Of a DNA stretch of 64,000 nucleotides, positions 47,716 through 58,532 are shown in pieces. A program made the position numbers and the translations under genes. The stretch comes from an uncultured Chloroflexia bacterium. GTDB taxonomy: Bacteria > Chloroflexota > Limnocylindria > Limnocylindrales > CSP1-4. The notes under the pieces are model-generated. The model saw nothing but the letters and a program-made list of their open reading frames with translations, ran no database searches and was not told the origin of the DNA. The DNA is taken from the NCBI GenBank assembly GCA_963833225.1, contig CAWHXD010000005.1, positions 32,001-96,000 of the forward strand, read 5' to 3'. Every line of letters begins with the position of its first letter. Position 1 is the first letter of the stretch.

Positions 47716-49078
47716 ATGACTGCCCGTACACGCCGTTCACGGGGACTGGTCGCGCTGGTCGCGGCCCTGGTCGTCGCCGCCTGCGGCCCCGCCGCCCCAA
47801 GCCCCTCGCCAGCGACCACGGCGCCCGCCAGCACGGCTCGGCCCACCTCGACGGTTCCGGCGACCGAGCGTCCATCCGCCTCGGCGACCAGCTCGGTGTG
47901 CGACGACAGCGTGGTGGGGTCGCCGACGGCCACCTCGGACGCGAACGATCCCAACGCGGGCACCTACGCGGACATCGAGTCGCAGGTGGAGGAGCTGCGC
48001 GGGCTGACCGCGACCACGCCGGTCGAGCGCGGCCTGTTCGACACCGCCGGGCTGTGCGCCTACCTCCGCGAGAGCTTCCGCAAGGACAACCCCGAGGACC
48101 TCGTCCGCAGCACGGAGGTGCTGTACAAGGAGCTTGGCCTGCTGCCGCAGGACGCGTCGCTCGAGCAGCTCTACCTCGACCTCCTCACCAGCCAGGTGGC
48201 AGGCCTCTACGACGACGACACCAAGCACATGTACGTCGTGAGCCAGTCGGGCGCGATTGGACCGACCGAGGAGATCACCTACGCGCACGAGTACACCCAC
48301 GCCCTCCAGGATCAGCGTTTCGTGCTCAAGGACGTCATCGGCGATGCCACCGACCAGGGGGATCGCACGATGGCCAAGCTCACGGTGGTCGAGGGCGACG
48401 CCACCCTGGTCATGACCCTGTGGGCCCAGCGCTATCTGACCCCAGCCGAGCTGTCGCAGATCGCCGGCAGCGTGGATCCCGCCTCACAGGCCATCCTCGA
48501 CGGGATGCCCTCGATCCTGCGGGACCCCCTCGAGTTCCCCTATTTGCAGGGTCTCCAGCTGACGCTCGGAGCCTTCTCGAGCGGCGGCTTCGACGCCGTC
48601 AACGACCTGTTCACCAACCCGCCCGACTCCACGGAGCAGATCCTCCATCCCGCCAAGCTCCAGGCTCGCGAGCAGCCGGTCGATGTCACCTTCCCGGACG
48701 ACCTCGCCACGCGCCTCGGCGCTGGCTGGAAGGTCGCGGCCCAGGACACGTTCGGTGAGCTCCTGCTCGGGATCCTCCTCCGCAACGCCGACGGCGCCGA
48801 CCGGGACCTCCGACGCCGCCGCGGGCTGGGGTGGTGACCGCGTCGCGCTCATCGAGGGTCCAGACGGGCAGGTCGCCGTGGTCCTCGACACGGTCTGGGA
48901 CACGGACGCCGATGCTGCCGAGTTCGAGACGGCACTCGGGCCCACCGTCACGGAGCTGACCGGCCTGGGCCGCACGCCGGCCGTCCTGCGTCCTGCCCCT
49001 GACCGGGTCGTGCTGATCAGCGCCGAAGCCGCGGACACCATGGGTCGAGTTGCCAACGTCCTCGGCCTCGCCGAGTAG
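47716..49078 (+). CDS. Lipoprotein with a zincin HExxH motif, frameshifted near 48800
   Basis: VAAC lipobox; S/P/T linker; AHEYTHALQDQ, EGDA, PPDSTEQILHP, AGWGGD. Confidence 0.75.
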
Positions 49079-49087
49079 CTGCCCGGG

Positions 49088-50785
49088 CTACATCGTCTCG
49101 GGGGCGGAGATTCCCAGCAGCGCCAGGGCGTTGGCCAGCGTCGTCTTGGTGGCCAGGGCGAGGGCAAGCCGCCGCGCGGACCGCTCCGGCTGCCCGGCGT
49201 CCACGACCCGCGCGTCGCGGTAGAACGCGTGGAACTGGGTGGCCAGCTCCGTCGCGTACGCCGTCACACCCTGGGTCTCCTCGCCGAGGACGGCATCCTC
49301 AACCACCTCTGGCAGCCGCGAGACCGCCCGCGCGAGCGCCGCCTCCGGTTCGCCGTCGAGCACGCCGGCCGTCGACGCGGCGGGCGCCAGCCCGGTGTCC
49401 GCGGCCTTGCGGACGATCGAGCTGATGCGTGCGTGCGCGTACTGGACGTAGTAGACGGGGTTGTCGGCTGACTGCTGACGGGCCTGCTCGATGTCGAAGT
49501 CGAAGGCGACATGGGCCGACCGGGAGGCGAAGAACCACCGGGCCGCGTCGGTGCCGACAGCATCGAGCAGGTCGTCGAGCGTGACAAACGTCCCGGCTCG
49601 CTTGGACATCGACACCTCGACCCCGTCCACCACGAACCGGACCCAGCCGATGAGCAGCACCTGGTAGTGGTCCGGGTCGTAGCCCATCGCCTGGGCCGCG
49701 TTCTTGTTGCGGGCGACCGTTCCGTGGTGATCCACGCCCCAGATGTAGATCAGGTGGTCGAAGCCCCGGCTGAACTTCTCGGTCACGTAGCCAATGTCGG
49801 CCGCAAAGTAGGTCGGCCGGCCATCCGAGCGGTAGATCACCCGGTCCTTGTCGTCGCCGTACGCCGTGGACCGGAACCAGGTTGCGCCGTCCTGTTCGTA
49901 GACCTCGCCAGCCGCCCGCAGCCGCTCGACTGCCCGCTCGACCCAGCCCTCCTCGTGGAGTGATGCCTCGCTCTTCCAGACGTCGAAGTGGACGCCCAGC
50001 CGGGCGAGGCTGGCCTCGATCATGCCCCGGACCCGCTTCGAGGCCCAGCCGCCGAGGACGGCGGCCGGATCGGCGCCATCAGCGTTCGCTGCTGCCCACA
50101 CGTCATCCGGGACCTCGCGGGCGAGCTGATCGACGTAGGCGCCCTTGTAGCCGTCATCGGGGACAGGCTCTCCGCGCCGCACCGCGGCAACCGAGGCGCC
50201 CAGGTGGTTGATCTGGGCTCCGGAGTCGTTGAAGTAGTACTCGCGGGTGACGGTCTGCCCACCTGCCTCGAGGATCCGGCACAGCAGATCGCCGACGAAG
50301 GCGCCCCTGGCATTCCCCACCGTCAGCGGGCCGGTGGGGTTGGCTGACACGAACTCCACGTTCACGGCCCGCGGGTTCACGGCCGGGATGCGGCCCCACG
50401 CCGCCGGCGCCGCAAGGATCCCAGCGAGGAGCGCCTCGTAGGCGGCGCTGGAGATCCGCAGGTTGAGGAACCCCGGTTTCGCGACCTCGGCCGATTCGAT
50501 GAGCCCCGCCCCAGCCGCGCCCCGCAGCTGCTCCGCGAGCGCTTCGGCGATCTCCAGCGGCGAGCGGCGGAGCGGCCGGGCAAGCTTCATGGCGAGATTG
50601 GTGGCGAAGTCGCCGAAGGCCGCATTGCCCGGCCGCTCGACCTCCACGGCGGGCGCGCCGGTCATGTCATCGAGCCCCGGCAGGCGCCCCGAAGCCACGG
50701 CGTCCGCCCACGCGCGCTCGACTGCGGCGCGGACCCGGGCACGGATGGCCAGGGGCGCAGCGACGGCATGGGTGCGGGTGGACAC
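49088..50785 (-). CDS. argS: Arginyl-tRNA synthetase
   Basis: GDFATN, PGFLN, VEFVSANPTGPL, EYYFND, MSKRAG, NPVYYVQYAHARI; AGGAGG RBS. Confidence 0.97.
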   Translation of the reverse strand: MSTRTHAVAAPLAIRARVRAAVERAWADAVASGRLPGLDDMTGAPAVEVERPGNAAFGDFATNLAMKLARPLRRSPLEIAEALAEQLRGAAGAGLIESAEVAKPGFLNLRISSAAYEALLAGILAAPAAWGRIPAVNPRAVNVEFVSANPTGPLTVGNARGAFVGDLLCRILEAGGQTVTREYYFNDSGAQINHLGASVAAVRRGEPVPDDGYKGAYVDQLAREVPDDVWAAANADGADPAAVLGGWASKRVRGMIEASLARLGVHFDVWKSEASLHEEGWVERAVERLRAAGEVYEQDGATWFRSTAYGDDKDRVIYRSDGRPTYFAADIGYVTEKFSRGFDHLIYIWGVDHHGTVARNKNAAQAMGYDPDHYQVLLIGWVRFVVDGVEVSMSKRAGTFVTLDDLLDAVGTDAARWFFASRSAHVAFDFDIEQARQQSADNPVYYVQYAHARISSIVRKAADTGLAPAASTAGVLDGEPEAALARAVSRLPEVVEDAVLGEETQGVTAYATELATQFHAFYRDARVVDAGQPERSARRLALALATKTTLANALALLGISAPETM

Positions 50786-51544
50786 AGACGGCCTCCTGTC
50801 GACTTGGCGGGATGCGGCGCCAATCCTACCGGTCGGGGACCGCCAGACGTCATGGGACTCACTGGTGCGATGACGCACCGGATCGGCGCGGCTCGGGGAG
50901 GCGCTGCGCAGACCGGGGACGTCCGGTGCGGTTGGCGGCAGTACCCTTGGGGGGCTGCCCCCTAGTACCTTGCCCATCTCGGGTGGTCCGGTCTTGCCGG
51001 TCGGCCCGGGGGAGGACGCCTTTCAGGTGCACCGGCGATCCCTCCCGCCACGGATTCATCGGCGTCATTGGACGCCACCAGGGTCACGTTCCAACCCACG
51101 TCAATACCGGGGACCCCGAACGGCGCCGGCAACGGCCTGCTCCCGGTCCCCCTCGCCCTCGCCGGGATCATGCTTGGCCTGGGACACCGAGTCCCAGGCC
51201 CGGCGCGACCCCGCCGGCGGAACCATCGGGGTCGAACGCCCCGCGGGACCGAGGCCGGTCATCAACCGGTCCCGGACACTCCGCCGCCCGACCTTTGGGT
51301 CCCCGAGACCCGGACGGGACGCACAAGCCTGAGTGCGTCCCGTCCGTCAACCTCCAGGCGGTGCCGCAAGTCACCGCGAACCTGTCAAACACCCGACGCG
51401 CGGGTGCAAGGGCCTATGCAAGCAGGCCGCCGGACAGTACCTTTCGTCATATACGAGTAGTACTCATGGGGTAACGGCGCCAAATCGCCCAACGGGCGCC
51501 CGGACCGTAGGCACCCGGTGAGCAGACGGGAGTCAGGTATCGAG

Positions 51545-52321
51545 ATGAACACGAAGATCAAGATCGCTGGGCGGCTGGCCGCGGCCGCCATCCTCGGCGC
51601 GGCGCTCATTGCGCCTGCGGCCGTCCTCGCCCAGTCGGGCAACCAGGAGAACGTCAGCTCCGAGGGTCGGAGCTCCGACTGCACCGGCGGGCCAGGCGGC
51701 TCGGACATCACGCCCGGTGAAGGCCAGGTCGCGTGGCTGTTCGTCCACGCGAGCACGAACGCCACGTCCGGGACGCTGACGGCCAACTTCGACGGTGCGG
51801 GCGCCGTCCAGGCCAGCAGCTACATCCAGGGCGGGATCAAGTACCTGATCGTGACCAGCCGTCCGGAGACGCTGCTCACCTTCTCGGACACGATCGAGGA
51901 CGGCGTCCTCAATCTGAGCCACACCTGCTACGGCCCGACATCGACACCGGCGCCGACGCCGACCGAGTCACCGACCGAGTCGCCGACCGAGTCACCGCTC
52001 GAGACCCCGACTGAGTCACCGCTCGAGACCCCGACCGCGACGCCGACGGAGACCCCGACGGAGACCCCGACGGCGACGCCGACCGGAACCCCGGACACCG
52101 AGCAGACGCCGACTCCCACCCCGACAGCGGACCCGACTCCGACCCCGACCGGCACGGTCGAGGCCGAGACCGGCAAGCCCCATGTCACCCCGCCGTCCAC
52201 GGACGCCGGGATCGCGGGCGGGTCCAGCTCGTCCGGCGGGCTGCCGATCGTCCTCGTGGCGATCGCCGGCATCCTGGCCACGAGCCTGGCGCTGCTGCCG
52301 CGGCGACGCTCCACCCGCTAG
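51545..52321 (+). CDS. Secreted Pro/Thr-rich surface protein with a C-terminal PPSTD-TM-RRR anchor
   Basis: Signal peptide (AVLA), PT(E/S) repeat stalk 51945..52150, TPPSTD, hydrophobic helix, PRRRSTR. Confidence 0.8.
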   Translation: MNTKIKIAGRLAAAAILGAALIAPAAVLAQSGNQENVSSEGRSSDCTGGPGGSDITPGEGQVAWLFVHASTNATSGTLTANFDGAGAVQASSYIQGGIKYLIVTSRPETLLTFSDTIEDGVLNLSHTCYGPTSTPAPTPTESPTESPTESPLETPTESPLETPTATPTETPTETPTATPTGTPDTEQTPTPTPTADPTPTPTGTVEAETGKPHVTPPSTDAGIAGGSSSSGGLPIVLVAIAGILATSLALLPRRRSTR

Positions 52322-52345
52322 TCACTCGCATCCCGACCCGACTCC

Positions 52346-52374
52346 AGGCCGGGGCCGCAAGGCCCCGGCCTTTC
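52346..52374 (+). terminator. Intrinsic terminator
   Basis: AGGCCGGGGCC-GCAA-GGCCCCGGCCT-TTC. Confidence 0.7.
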
Positions 52375-52466
52375 CATGCCCCGGCCCCAGGCCCCCGGTG
52401 CCCCGTACCCCTGTCATGGGACCTGCGTTGACCCGACGCACCGAAGTCTGCTGACCGGTAGGTCGA

Positions 52467-52850
52467 TTGGTGGGGTTCCATGGGGTTGGGGGCCGAACAG
52501 AGGTACTGGACCCGGCAGGACCGGTAGGCGACGATGGCTGCCTCGCTGTTCAGGCCAGCGAGCGGGTGATCGCCACCCGGCCACCGCCCTCCCCGCCGGC
52601 AACCCGGCACCTCTCGGGGACCAGGACATGCCGGCCGCTAGCTGTCCAGGCGATCGGATCTCGAGCTCCAGGTCCCGAAGGCGACGTGGCTGGCACCACG
52701 GGGCGGCCCGTCCTGACACCGCCACCCACCGATTCCATCTCCGCCGCGACCACGCCGGGCACCAGCCTGCAGGTGCTCCTCGTCCTCGGGGTCGTCGGAT
52801 CGTTGCTCGCGCTGCTGGTGTCCAGGGAGCCAGCTGCGCGAGGGCGCTAG
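52467..52850 (+). CDS. Short or degenerate paralogous anchor-bearing ORF; start uncertain
   Basis: GDVAGTTGRPVLTPPPTDS-hydrophobic-basic tail parallels GTVEAETGKPHVTPPSTDA of the upstream gene. Confidence 0.45.
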   Translation: MVGFHGVGGRTEVLDPAGPVGDDGCLAVQASERVIATRPPPSPPATRHLSGTRTCRPLAVQAIGSRAPGPEGDVAGTTGRPVLTPPPTDSISAATTPGTSLQVLLVLGVVGSLLALLVSREPAARGR

Positions 52851-52974
52851 ACCGTCGCTGTCCCCGACAGGCCCACACGGCCGGGGATTGCGGATCCGTC
52901 CGCAGTCCCCGGCCGGTGCGTGTCCGGGACAGAGATGGATGGTGAGTGGGGCAAGCGCGACGCCTGACGGACCC

Positions 52975-53739
52975 TCAGAGATTCAGGTCCGTGCCCGGCC
53001 AGACCATCTCTACCGGTCCGGCGTACGCGGCCCGGCACGAATCGACGGTGGCGCCCGGGTCGTTCCCCATCTGGAGGTGGGTCAGGAGCGCCCGTGAGAC
53101 CCCCGTGGATGCCGCCAGCCGCCCAACAGATGGCCCGTCGAGGTGCTGGGCGCCGGGCGGCACCGGTCCAGTCCCGAACGACACCTCGGCCAGGAGGATG
53201 TCACCCGGGCGGACGAGCGGCGCGATGTCCTCGGCCCGGCCGCAGTCGCCGCTGTACACGAGTCCGGACCCGTCGCCGGCCACCGGCCCCACCCGGATGG
53301 CGTAGCTCTCGTTCGTGTGCGTCACGAGTCGCCCCTGCACCGTCAGGTCACCGATCCGGTGCGGCTGGTCGCCGAGCGATGCGATGTCCAGCGCTTCGGC
53401 GCAGAACCCGGGCCAGGCGTGGAGCGCGTCCAGCCGTTGGGCCAGCTCGGATGGCCCCAGGACACGCATCCTGCGCGGCGGGGAGAACTCGTACCGCAGG
53501 TAGTGCCGGAAGGGCACCAGATCGATGTAGTGGTCCGGGTGCAGGTGGCTGATCGCCACGGCGTCGAGGTCCTCGGCGCGCAGGTGCTCGAAGATCCGCG
53601 GGAACGACCCCTGGCCAAGGTCGACCAGGACGCGAGTCGAGCCGAGGGTGACGAGGTAGCACGCGCCGGTGGCACCGGGTCGATCGGTGTACGCGGGTCC
53701 GGCGCCCAGCACCGACAGCTGCAACGGCAGGTGGTTCAC
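52975..53739 (-). CDS. MBL-fold hydrolase (RNase Z/AtsA/ElaC-like)
   Basis: VDLGQG, SHLHPDH, YSGDCG, LLTHL. Confidence 0.85.
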   Translation of the reverse strand: MNHLPLQLSVLGAGPAYTDRPGATGACYLVTLGSTRVLVDLGQGSFPRIFEHLRAEDLDAVAISHLHPDHYIDLVPFRHYLRYEFSPPRRMRVLGPSELAQRLDALHAWPGFCAEALDIASLGDQPHRIGDLTVQGRLVTHTNESYAIRVGPVAGDGSGLVYSGDCGRAEDIAPLVRPGDILLAEVSFGTGPVPPGAQHLDGPSVGRLAASTGVSRALLTHLQMGNDPGATVDSCRAAYAGPVEMVWPGTDLNL

Positions 53740-53775
53740 GCAGTGCAGGGTAGCGTGCCGCGGCTGCGGCGGTGC

Positions 53776-54658
53776 CTACGGCGCGTCGCCCGGCTTTGGC
53801 GTGGGGTGGGGCTTCTTGGTCTTGTCCGGCTTGCCGCCCGGGTGGTCGGTCACGCGTGGCTCGGGCGTTGGGTGCGGGCCCTTCGTCGCGGCCGGTTGGG
53901 GCTTGTCGGTGGCAGCGGGTTTGCCACCCGGCGTCCCGTTGCCGTTGCCGTTCCCATTCCCATTCCCGTTGCCGTTGGACCCCGGCTCGCCGCTCGACCC
54001 GATGGCGGACTGCAGCCGATCGATGACGCGCTCGCTGTTGCCGAGCGCACGCGTGATCCCGCTTGCCGCCGCATCAGGGGCGTTGCCGGCGATCTCGAGC
54101 AGGACGGCGTGGTGGAACTGGACCGCCACGAGGGCGCGTTCTGCCGACGATCCATCTGCCGCGAGCAGCTCGTCGATGGCCCGGTCGTAGGCGTCCAGGG
54201 CTGCCGCTGTCGCCGCGGGATCGTGACGGCCGGAGGCCTCGACCGCCTCGGCGAGGCGCGCCTGCGCCGCCTCGATCCGGGCATCGATGCGGGCATCCGC
54301 TCCCGACGGGAGGACGAGGGTCTCGAGCGCCAGGCGCGTCTCGTACAGCGGTCCGCCGGCGCGAGAGGCCGCAAACGCCGAGGATCCGATCACCAGACCC
54401 GCCAGCACGGCGGCTGTCAGCGAGAGGCTGAGGCGGCGGCTGTCCCAGCGGGAGAACAGGCGACGCCCACCGGAGGGACGCGCCCGCACCCGCGGCGAGC
54501 CTGCGGCGCCAGGCATGTTCCATGACCGCCGCGCGGGCGCGCCCCACCCGGGCCGGGCCGGGATCCAGCCTGACCCTTGCGTAGCGCGCCAGCATCCGCT
54601 CGAGCTCATCGCCCGCGAGCGGCTCGGCAACGGTCATCCGGTCTGTGTCCTCGTTCAT
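53776..54658 (-). CDS. Putative anti-sigma factor (TM plus DUF5667-like helical domain), frameshifted
   Basis: Overlaps the ECF sigma stop; ELERMLARYA, TM helix, GGPLYETRLALE, RLAEA; (NG)n repeat near 53936..53977. Confidence 0.6.
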
Positions 54659-55242
54659 CGGGTCGTTCCTGAGACCCGGGGCAGTGCGTCTGCGGGATCC
54701 TCGATCGCCAACTCCCGGCGAAGCGCGGCGATGGCCCGGAACTGGAGACCGCGGATGGTCCCTTCCTGGCGGCCCATGGCCTCGGCAGCCTCCCGCGCGG
54801 AGAGCCCCGCGAAGAAACGCAGCTCGATGGCCTCGCGCTGCTCCGGGGTCAGCCGGCGCAGCGCAGCGGTGACGCTGTCCATCTCCTGGCGAATCTGCGC
54901 CAGGTCGTCGGGTCCGACCCCGCTGTCGACGCGCTCGGCGACGATATCGAGGGTGGCGTGATCCCGGCGTGTTCGCATGTGGTCGATGACGACGTTCCTG
55001 GCCAGCCGGAACAGCCAGCCCCCGAAGGGGATGCCCCGCGACTCGTAGCGCGGCAGGGCCTCCAGGGCCTTGACGAAGACGAGCTGCGCCAGGTCCTCCG
55101 CGTCGCTCGGGCGTCCGACGCGGGCCGCGACGTAGCGGTAGACCGGCCCGTAGTAGTGGTCGAACAGGGACCCGAAGGCTTCGGGGTCACCCTGCTGCGC
55201 CGCTGCTACGAGGCGGTCGATCGCCCCGTCGTCGCTGGTCAT
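54655..55242 (-). CDS. ECF RNA polymerase sigma factor
   Basis: GDPEAFGSLFD, DAEDLAQLVF, WLFRLARNVVIDH, LTPEQREAIELRF, GLSAREAAEAMG. Confidence 0.93.
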   Translation of the reverse strand: MTSDDGAIDRLVAAAQQGDPEAFGSLFDHYYGPVYRYVAARVGRPSDAEDLAQLVFVKALEALPRYESRGIPFGGWLFRLARNVVIDHMRTRRDHATLDIVAERVDSGVGPDDLAQIRQEMDSVTAALRRLTPEQREAIELRFFAGLSAREAAEAMGRQEGTIRGLQFRAIAALRRELAIEDPADALPRVSGTTR

Positions 55243-55282
55243 AACGATGCCGTTGCCCCCGCGTTAGGTCCCGGTCGCTACA

Positions 55283-56220
55283 TCACAGCCCTGTCGGCAG
55301 GGCGACGTCCACTCGCGTGCCCCCGCGCCGGAACGCCAGCGCCTCGAATCCGGCGCCGGCAACCGCACCATACGCTCTCGAGAGGCCGTAGGTGAACCAC
55401 TCGGTTCGGTGGGCGTCGCTGCCAATGGTCACGTGTCGGCCCCCCAGCTCCCGGTATCGGGTGACGATCGCTGGGGCCGGGTACGTCTCGCGGGGCAGCT
55501 GTCGCAGGCCCGAGGCGTTGACCTCCAGGGCCGTGCCGGACTCGACGAGTGCGGCGAGGACGGGCTCGTACAGCTCCGGGGCGGCCGCGAGCTGGGAAGG
55601 CAGCACGTGGGGAATGAGGTAGCGCTTGACGAAGTCCAGGTGGCCGATGGTGTCGAACAGGCCCGACCGGGCAGCGCCGATCACCTCGTCGAAGTAGGGT
55701 TCGACGATCTCGGGCAGCGGAGTGGCCGGCCACGAACGACGCCACGTTGGAGGCCTTGTACGGGGACTCGGCGCTGACGTGGACCGACCCGATGACGTAG
55801 TCGTGCGGGTGCCGCGAGCAGCCAGCCGCGGATGTCCTCCTCGTACCGCCGCTCGTACGTCACTTCCACGCCAAACGAGATCGCGAGGCCACGGTCCGCC
55901 CAGCGTGCCGCCGCCTCCCGCACGTCCCGCTCGCGGTCCGCGAACGAGGCGAACCCGTAGGCGGGCATGGTGGGATCGAAGTCCACGTGGTCCGTGATCG
56001 CGAGCTCGGCGATCCCGCGCTCCACCGCCAGCACGCAGTACGCCTCGAGCATCGCGTTCGCGTCGGGCGAGCGGATCGTGTGCAGATGCGAGTCCAGCGG
56101 CAGGTCGCGCGAGTCGCCGAGCCCGGCGCCGAGCCCGGCGAGGAACACCTCGCGCTCGACCTCCGCCCGAGGGCGGGTGTCGGCGGGGTCGGGTGCGCCG
56201 ACGGGATGGGCCCGGCTCAC
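55283..56220 (-). CDS. PHP-family histidinol-phosphatase-like (HisJ), frameshifted
   Basis: DSHLHT, AITDH, GVE, GHLDFVKR, EVNASG, GSDAH. Confidence 0.85.
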
Positions 56221-57443
56221 CCGCTGATCACACCCAGCTCGCGCCCGACACGGTCGAACGCGCCCACCGCCTGCTCGAGCAGATCGCGGGAATGTGCCGC
56301 GGTCACGATCGTCCGGATCCGCGCCCGGTCCAGGGCCACGGTCGGGAACACGACCGACGTGCCGAACACGCCCTCCTCGAACAGCCGGTTCGAGAAGCGG
56401 ATCGTCGTCTCGCTGTCGCCCAGGATCACCGGCGTGATCGGTGTCTCGCTGGTGCCGGTGTCGAACCCGAGCCGGCCAAGCTCCGCCTTGAGGAAGCGGG
56501 TGTTGGCCCACAGCCGCTCGAGCAGCTCCGGCTCCTGCTGCATGATCGCGATCGCCTCGCGGCAGGCCGCGGCGACCGCGGGCGGGTGGCTGGTGGAGAA
56601 CAGGAACGGGCGCGCGCGCTGGACCAGGATGTCGCGCAGGGCCTGTGACCCCGCCACGTAGCCGCCCAGGACGCCCACGGCCTTGGACAGGGTTCCGACC
56701 TGGACGGCGACCCGTCCATCGAGGCCGAAATGGTTGACCGTCCCGCGGCCGTCCGCGCCGAGCACGCCCGAGGCGTGGGCATCGTCCACCATCACCGCGG
56801 CCCCGAACGCCTCCGCGACCTCCACGATGCCCGGCAGGGGCGCGATGTCGCCGTCCATCGAGAACACGCCGTCGGTGACCACCAGGATCAGCCGCCACGG
56901 CGTGCCCTGGCCGTCACGACCCTGCTCGGTGGCATCGGCGAGGACCTCGCGGAGCGAGTCGATGTCGGCGTGGCGGTAGATCTTCCGGGGCGCCTTGGAC
57001 AATCGCATGCCGTCGATGATCGAGGCGTGGTTCAGCTCGTCCGACACGATCAGGTCGGTCTCGCCGGTGATCGTGGGGATGACGCCCGTGTTGGCGCTGA
57101 AGCCCGACTGGAAGGTCAGGACCGCATCGGTGTGCTTGAAGGCCGCGAGGTCCGCCTCGAGCGCCTCGTGAAGGGTCATCGTGCCGGCGATCGTCCGCAC
57201 GGCGCCGGAGCCCGCGCCGTACAGCTCCACGGCGGCAATCGCCGCGCGCTTCATGCGCGGGTGGTTCGACAGTCCCAGGTAGTCGTTGGACGAGAGGCTG
57301 ATGACGCGGCGGTCGTCGAGCGACACGATCGGCCCCTGGGCGGATGACATGACCCGCAGCGGGCGGTACAGGTGGCGCTCCCGCATCGCGGCCAGCTCGT
57401 CGTCGATGAAGGCCAGGGGGTTGGGGCGCGACGCCGTGTCCAT
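56217..57443 (-). CDS. kbl: Glycine C-acetyltransferase (2-amino-3-ketobutyrate CoA ligase)
   Basis: SSNDYLGL, SDELNHASIIDG, DGVFSMDG, VDDAH, GTLSKA; adjacent to tdh. Confidence 0.85.
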   Translation of the reverse strand: MDTASRPNPLAFIDDELAAMRERHLYRPLRVMSSAQGPIVSLDDRRVISLSSNDYLGLSNHPRMKRAAIAAVELYGAGSGAVRTIAGTMTLHEALEADLAAFKHTDAVLTFQSGFSANTGVIPTITGETDLIVSDELNHASIIDGMRLSKAPRKIYRHADIDSLREVLADATEQGRDGQGTPWRLILVVTDGVFSMDGDIAPLPGIVEVAEAFGAAVMVDDAHASGVLGADGRGTVNHFGLDGRVAVQVGTLSKAVGVLGGYVAGSQALRDILVQRARPFLFSTSHPPAVAAACREAIAIMQQEPELLERLWANTRFLKAELGRLGFDTGTSETPITPVILGDSETTIRFSNRLFEEGVFGTSVVFPTVALDRARIRTIVTAAHSRDLLEQAVGAFDRVGRELGVISG

Positions 57444-57464
57444 GGATGCCTCCTTCGCCACCGG

Positions 57465-58493
57465 CTAGTCCGTCCAGTCCAGGATGACCTTGCCCGAGTC
57501 GCCGGACCGCGCCGCCTCGAACGCGGCCTCGTGGTCCCGGAACCCGAACCGGTGGGTGATGGCGGGACGGATGTCCAGTCCCGACTGGAGCATCACCGTC
57601 ATCTTGTACCAGGTCTCGTACATCTCGCGGCCGTAGATGCCGCGGATCGTCAGCAGCTTGAACACGATCTCGTTGACGTCGATCCGGATGTCCTGGGTGG
57701 GGATGCCGAGGATCGCGATCGACCCGCCGTGGGCCATGCTGTCCATGGCGCTCCGGATGGCGGCTGGGGCGCCGGACATCTCCAGGGCCACGTCGAACCC
57801 CTCCACCATCCCCAGCTCCTCCTGGACGTCGGCGACATCCTCGTGGACCGGGTCCACGACCCTCGTCGCCCCCATCCGGAGGGCAAGCTCGCGTCGGGTG
57901 GGGTTGGGCTCGGAGACGACCACGAACCGCGCGCCGGCGTGACGGACGACCGCGGTGGCCATCAGGCCGATGGGGCCCGCGCCCGTGATCAGCACATCCT
58001 CGCCCAGGACCGGGAAGGCGAGCGCCGTATGGACCGCGTTCCCGAACGGATCGAAGATCGCCGCCACCTCATCGTCGATGCCGGGCCAGTGGTGCCAGAT
58101 GTTGGTCATCGGGAGCACCACGTACTCGGCGAAGGCGCCAGCCCGTCCCACGCCCAGTCCGACCGTGTTGGCGCACAGGTGGCGGCGTCCGGCGAGGCAG
58201 TGGCGGCAGCGACCGCAGGTGACGTGCCCCTCACCGCTGACGACGTCGCCCGGGTGGTAGTCCATCACGTTGGAGCCCACCGACACGATCTCGCCCACGA
58301 ACTCGTGACCGGCGATGAGCGGGGGCTCGATCGTCCGCGCGGCCCACGGGTCCCAGGACTCGATGTGGAGGTCCGTGCCGCAGATGCCGGTCTTGCGGAC
58401 GCGGATGAGGACGTCGTTGATGCCCGGGACCGGGTCCGGGACGTGCTCCAGGCTGAGGCCCGGGCCGGGTGCGGTCTTCACCAGGGCAAGCAT
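57465..58493 (-). CDS. tdh: L-threonine 3-dehydrogenase
   Basis: GICGTDLHI, GHEF, CGRCRHC, DPFGNAVHT, GIYGREMYETWYKM. Confidence 0.96.
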   Translation of the reverse strand: MLALVKTAPGPGLSLEHVPDPVPGINDVLIRVRKTGICGTDLHIESWDPWAARTIEPPLIAGHEFVGEIVSVGSNVMDYHPGDVVSGEGHVTCGRCRHCLAGRRHLCANTVGLGVGRAGAFAEYVVLPMTNIWHHWPGIDDEVAAIFDPFGNAVHTALAFPVLGEDVLITGAGPIGLMATAVVRHAGARFVVVSEPNPTRRELALRMGATRVVDPVHEDVADVQEELGMVEGFDVALEMSGAPAAIRSAMDSMAHGGSIAILGIPTQDIRIDVNEIVFKLLTIRGIYGREMYETWYKMTVMLQSGLDIRPAITHRFGFRDHEAAFEAARSGDSGKVILDWTD

Positions 58494-58532
58494 GGGCGGC
58501 TCCTGCCTGTTCGACCCCTCGGGGCCCTGCGC

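Noticed and set aside
50786-51030. Possible T-box leader for argS
   Set aside because: No GGTGGNACCGCG T-box motif found on the minus strand, and a -10-like TAGGAT lies close to the RBS.
51945-52150. Short repeats here and at 10290-10365, 35645-35685 and 62352-62419 as CRISPR or mobile repeats
   Set aside because: In-frame coding repeats for P/S/T-type linkers; no spacers and no cas or transposase genes.
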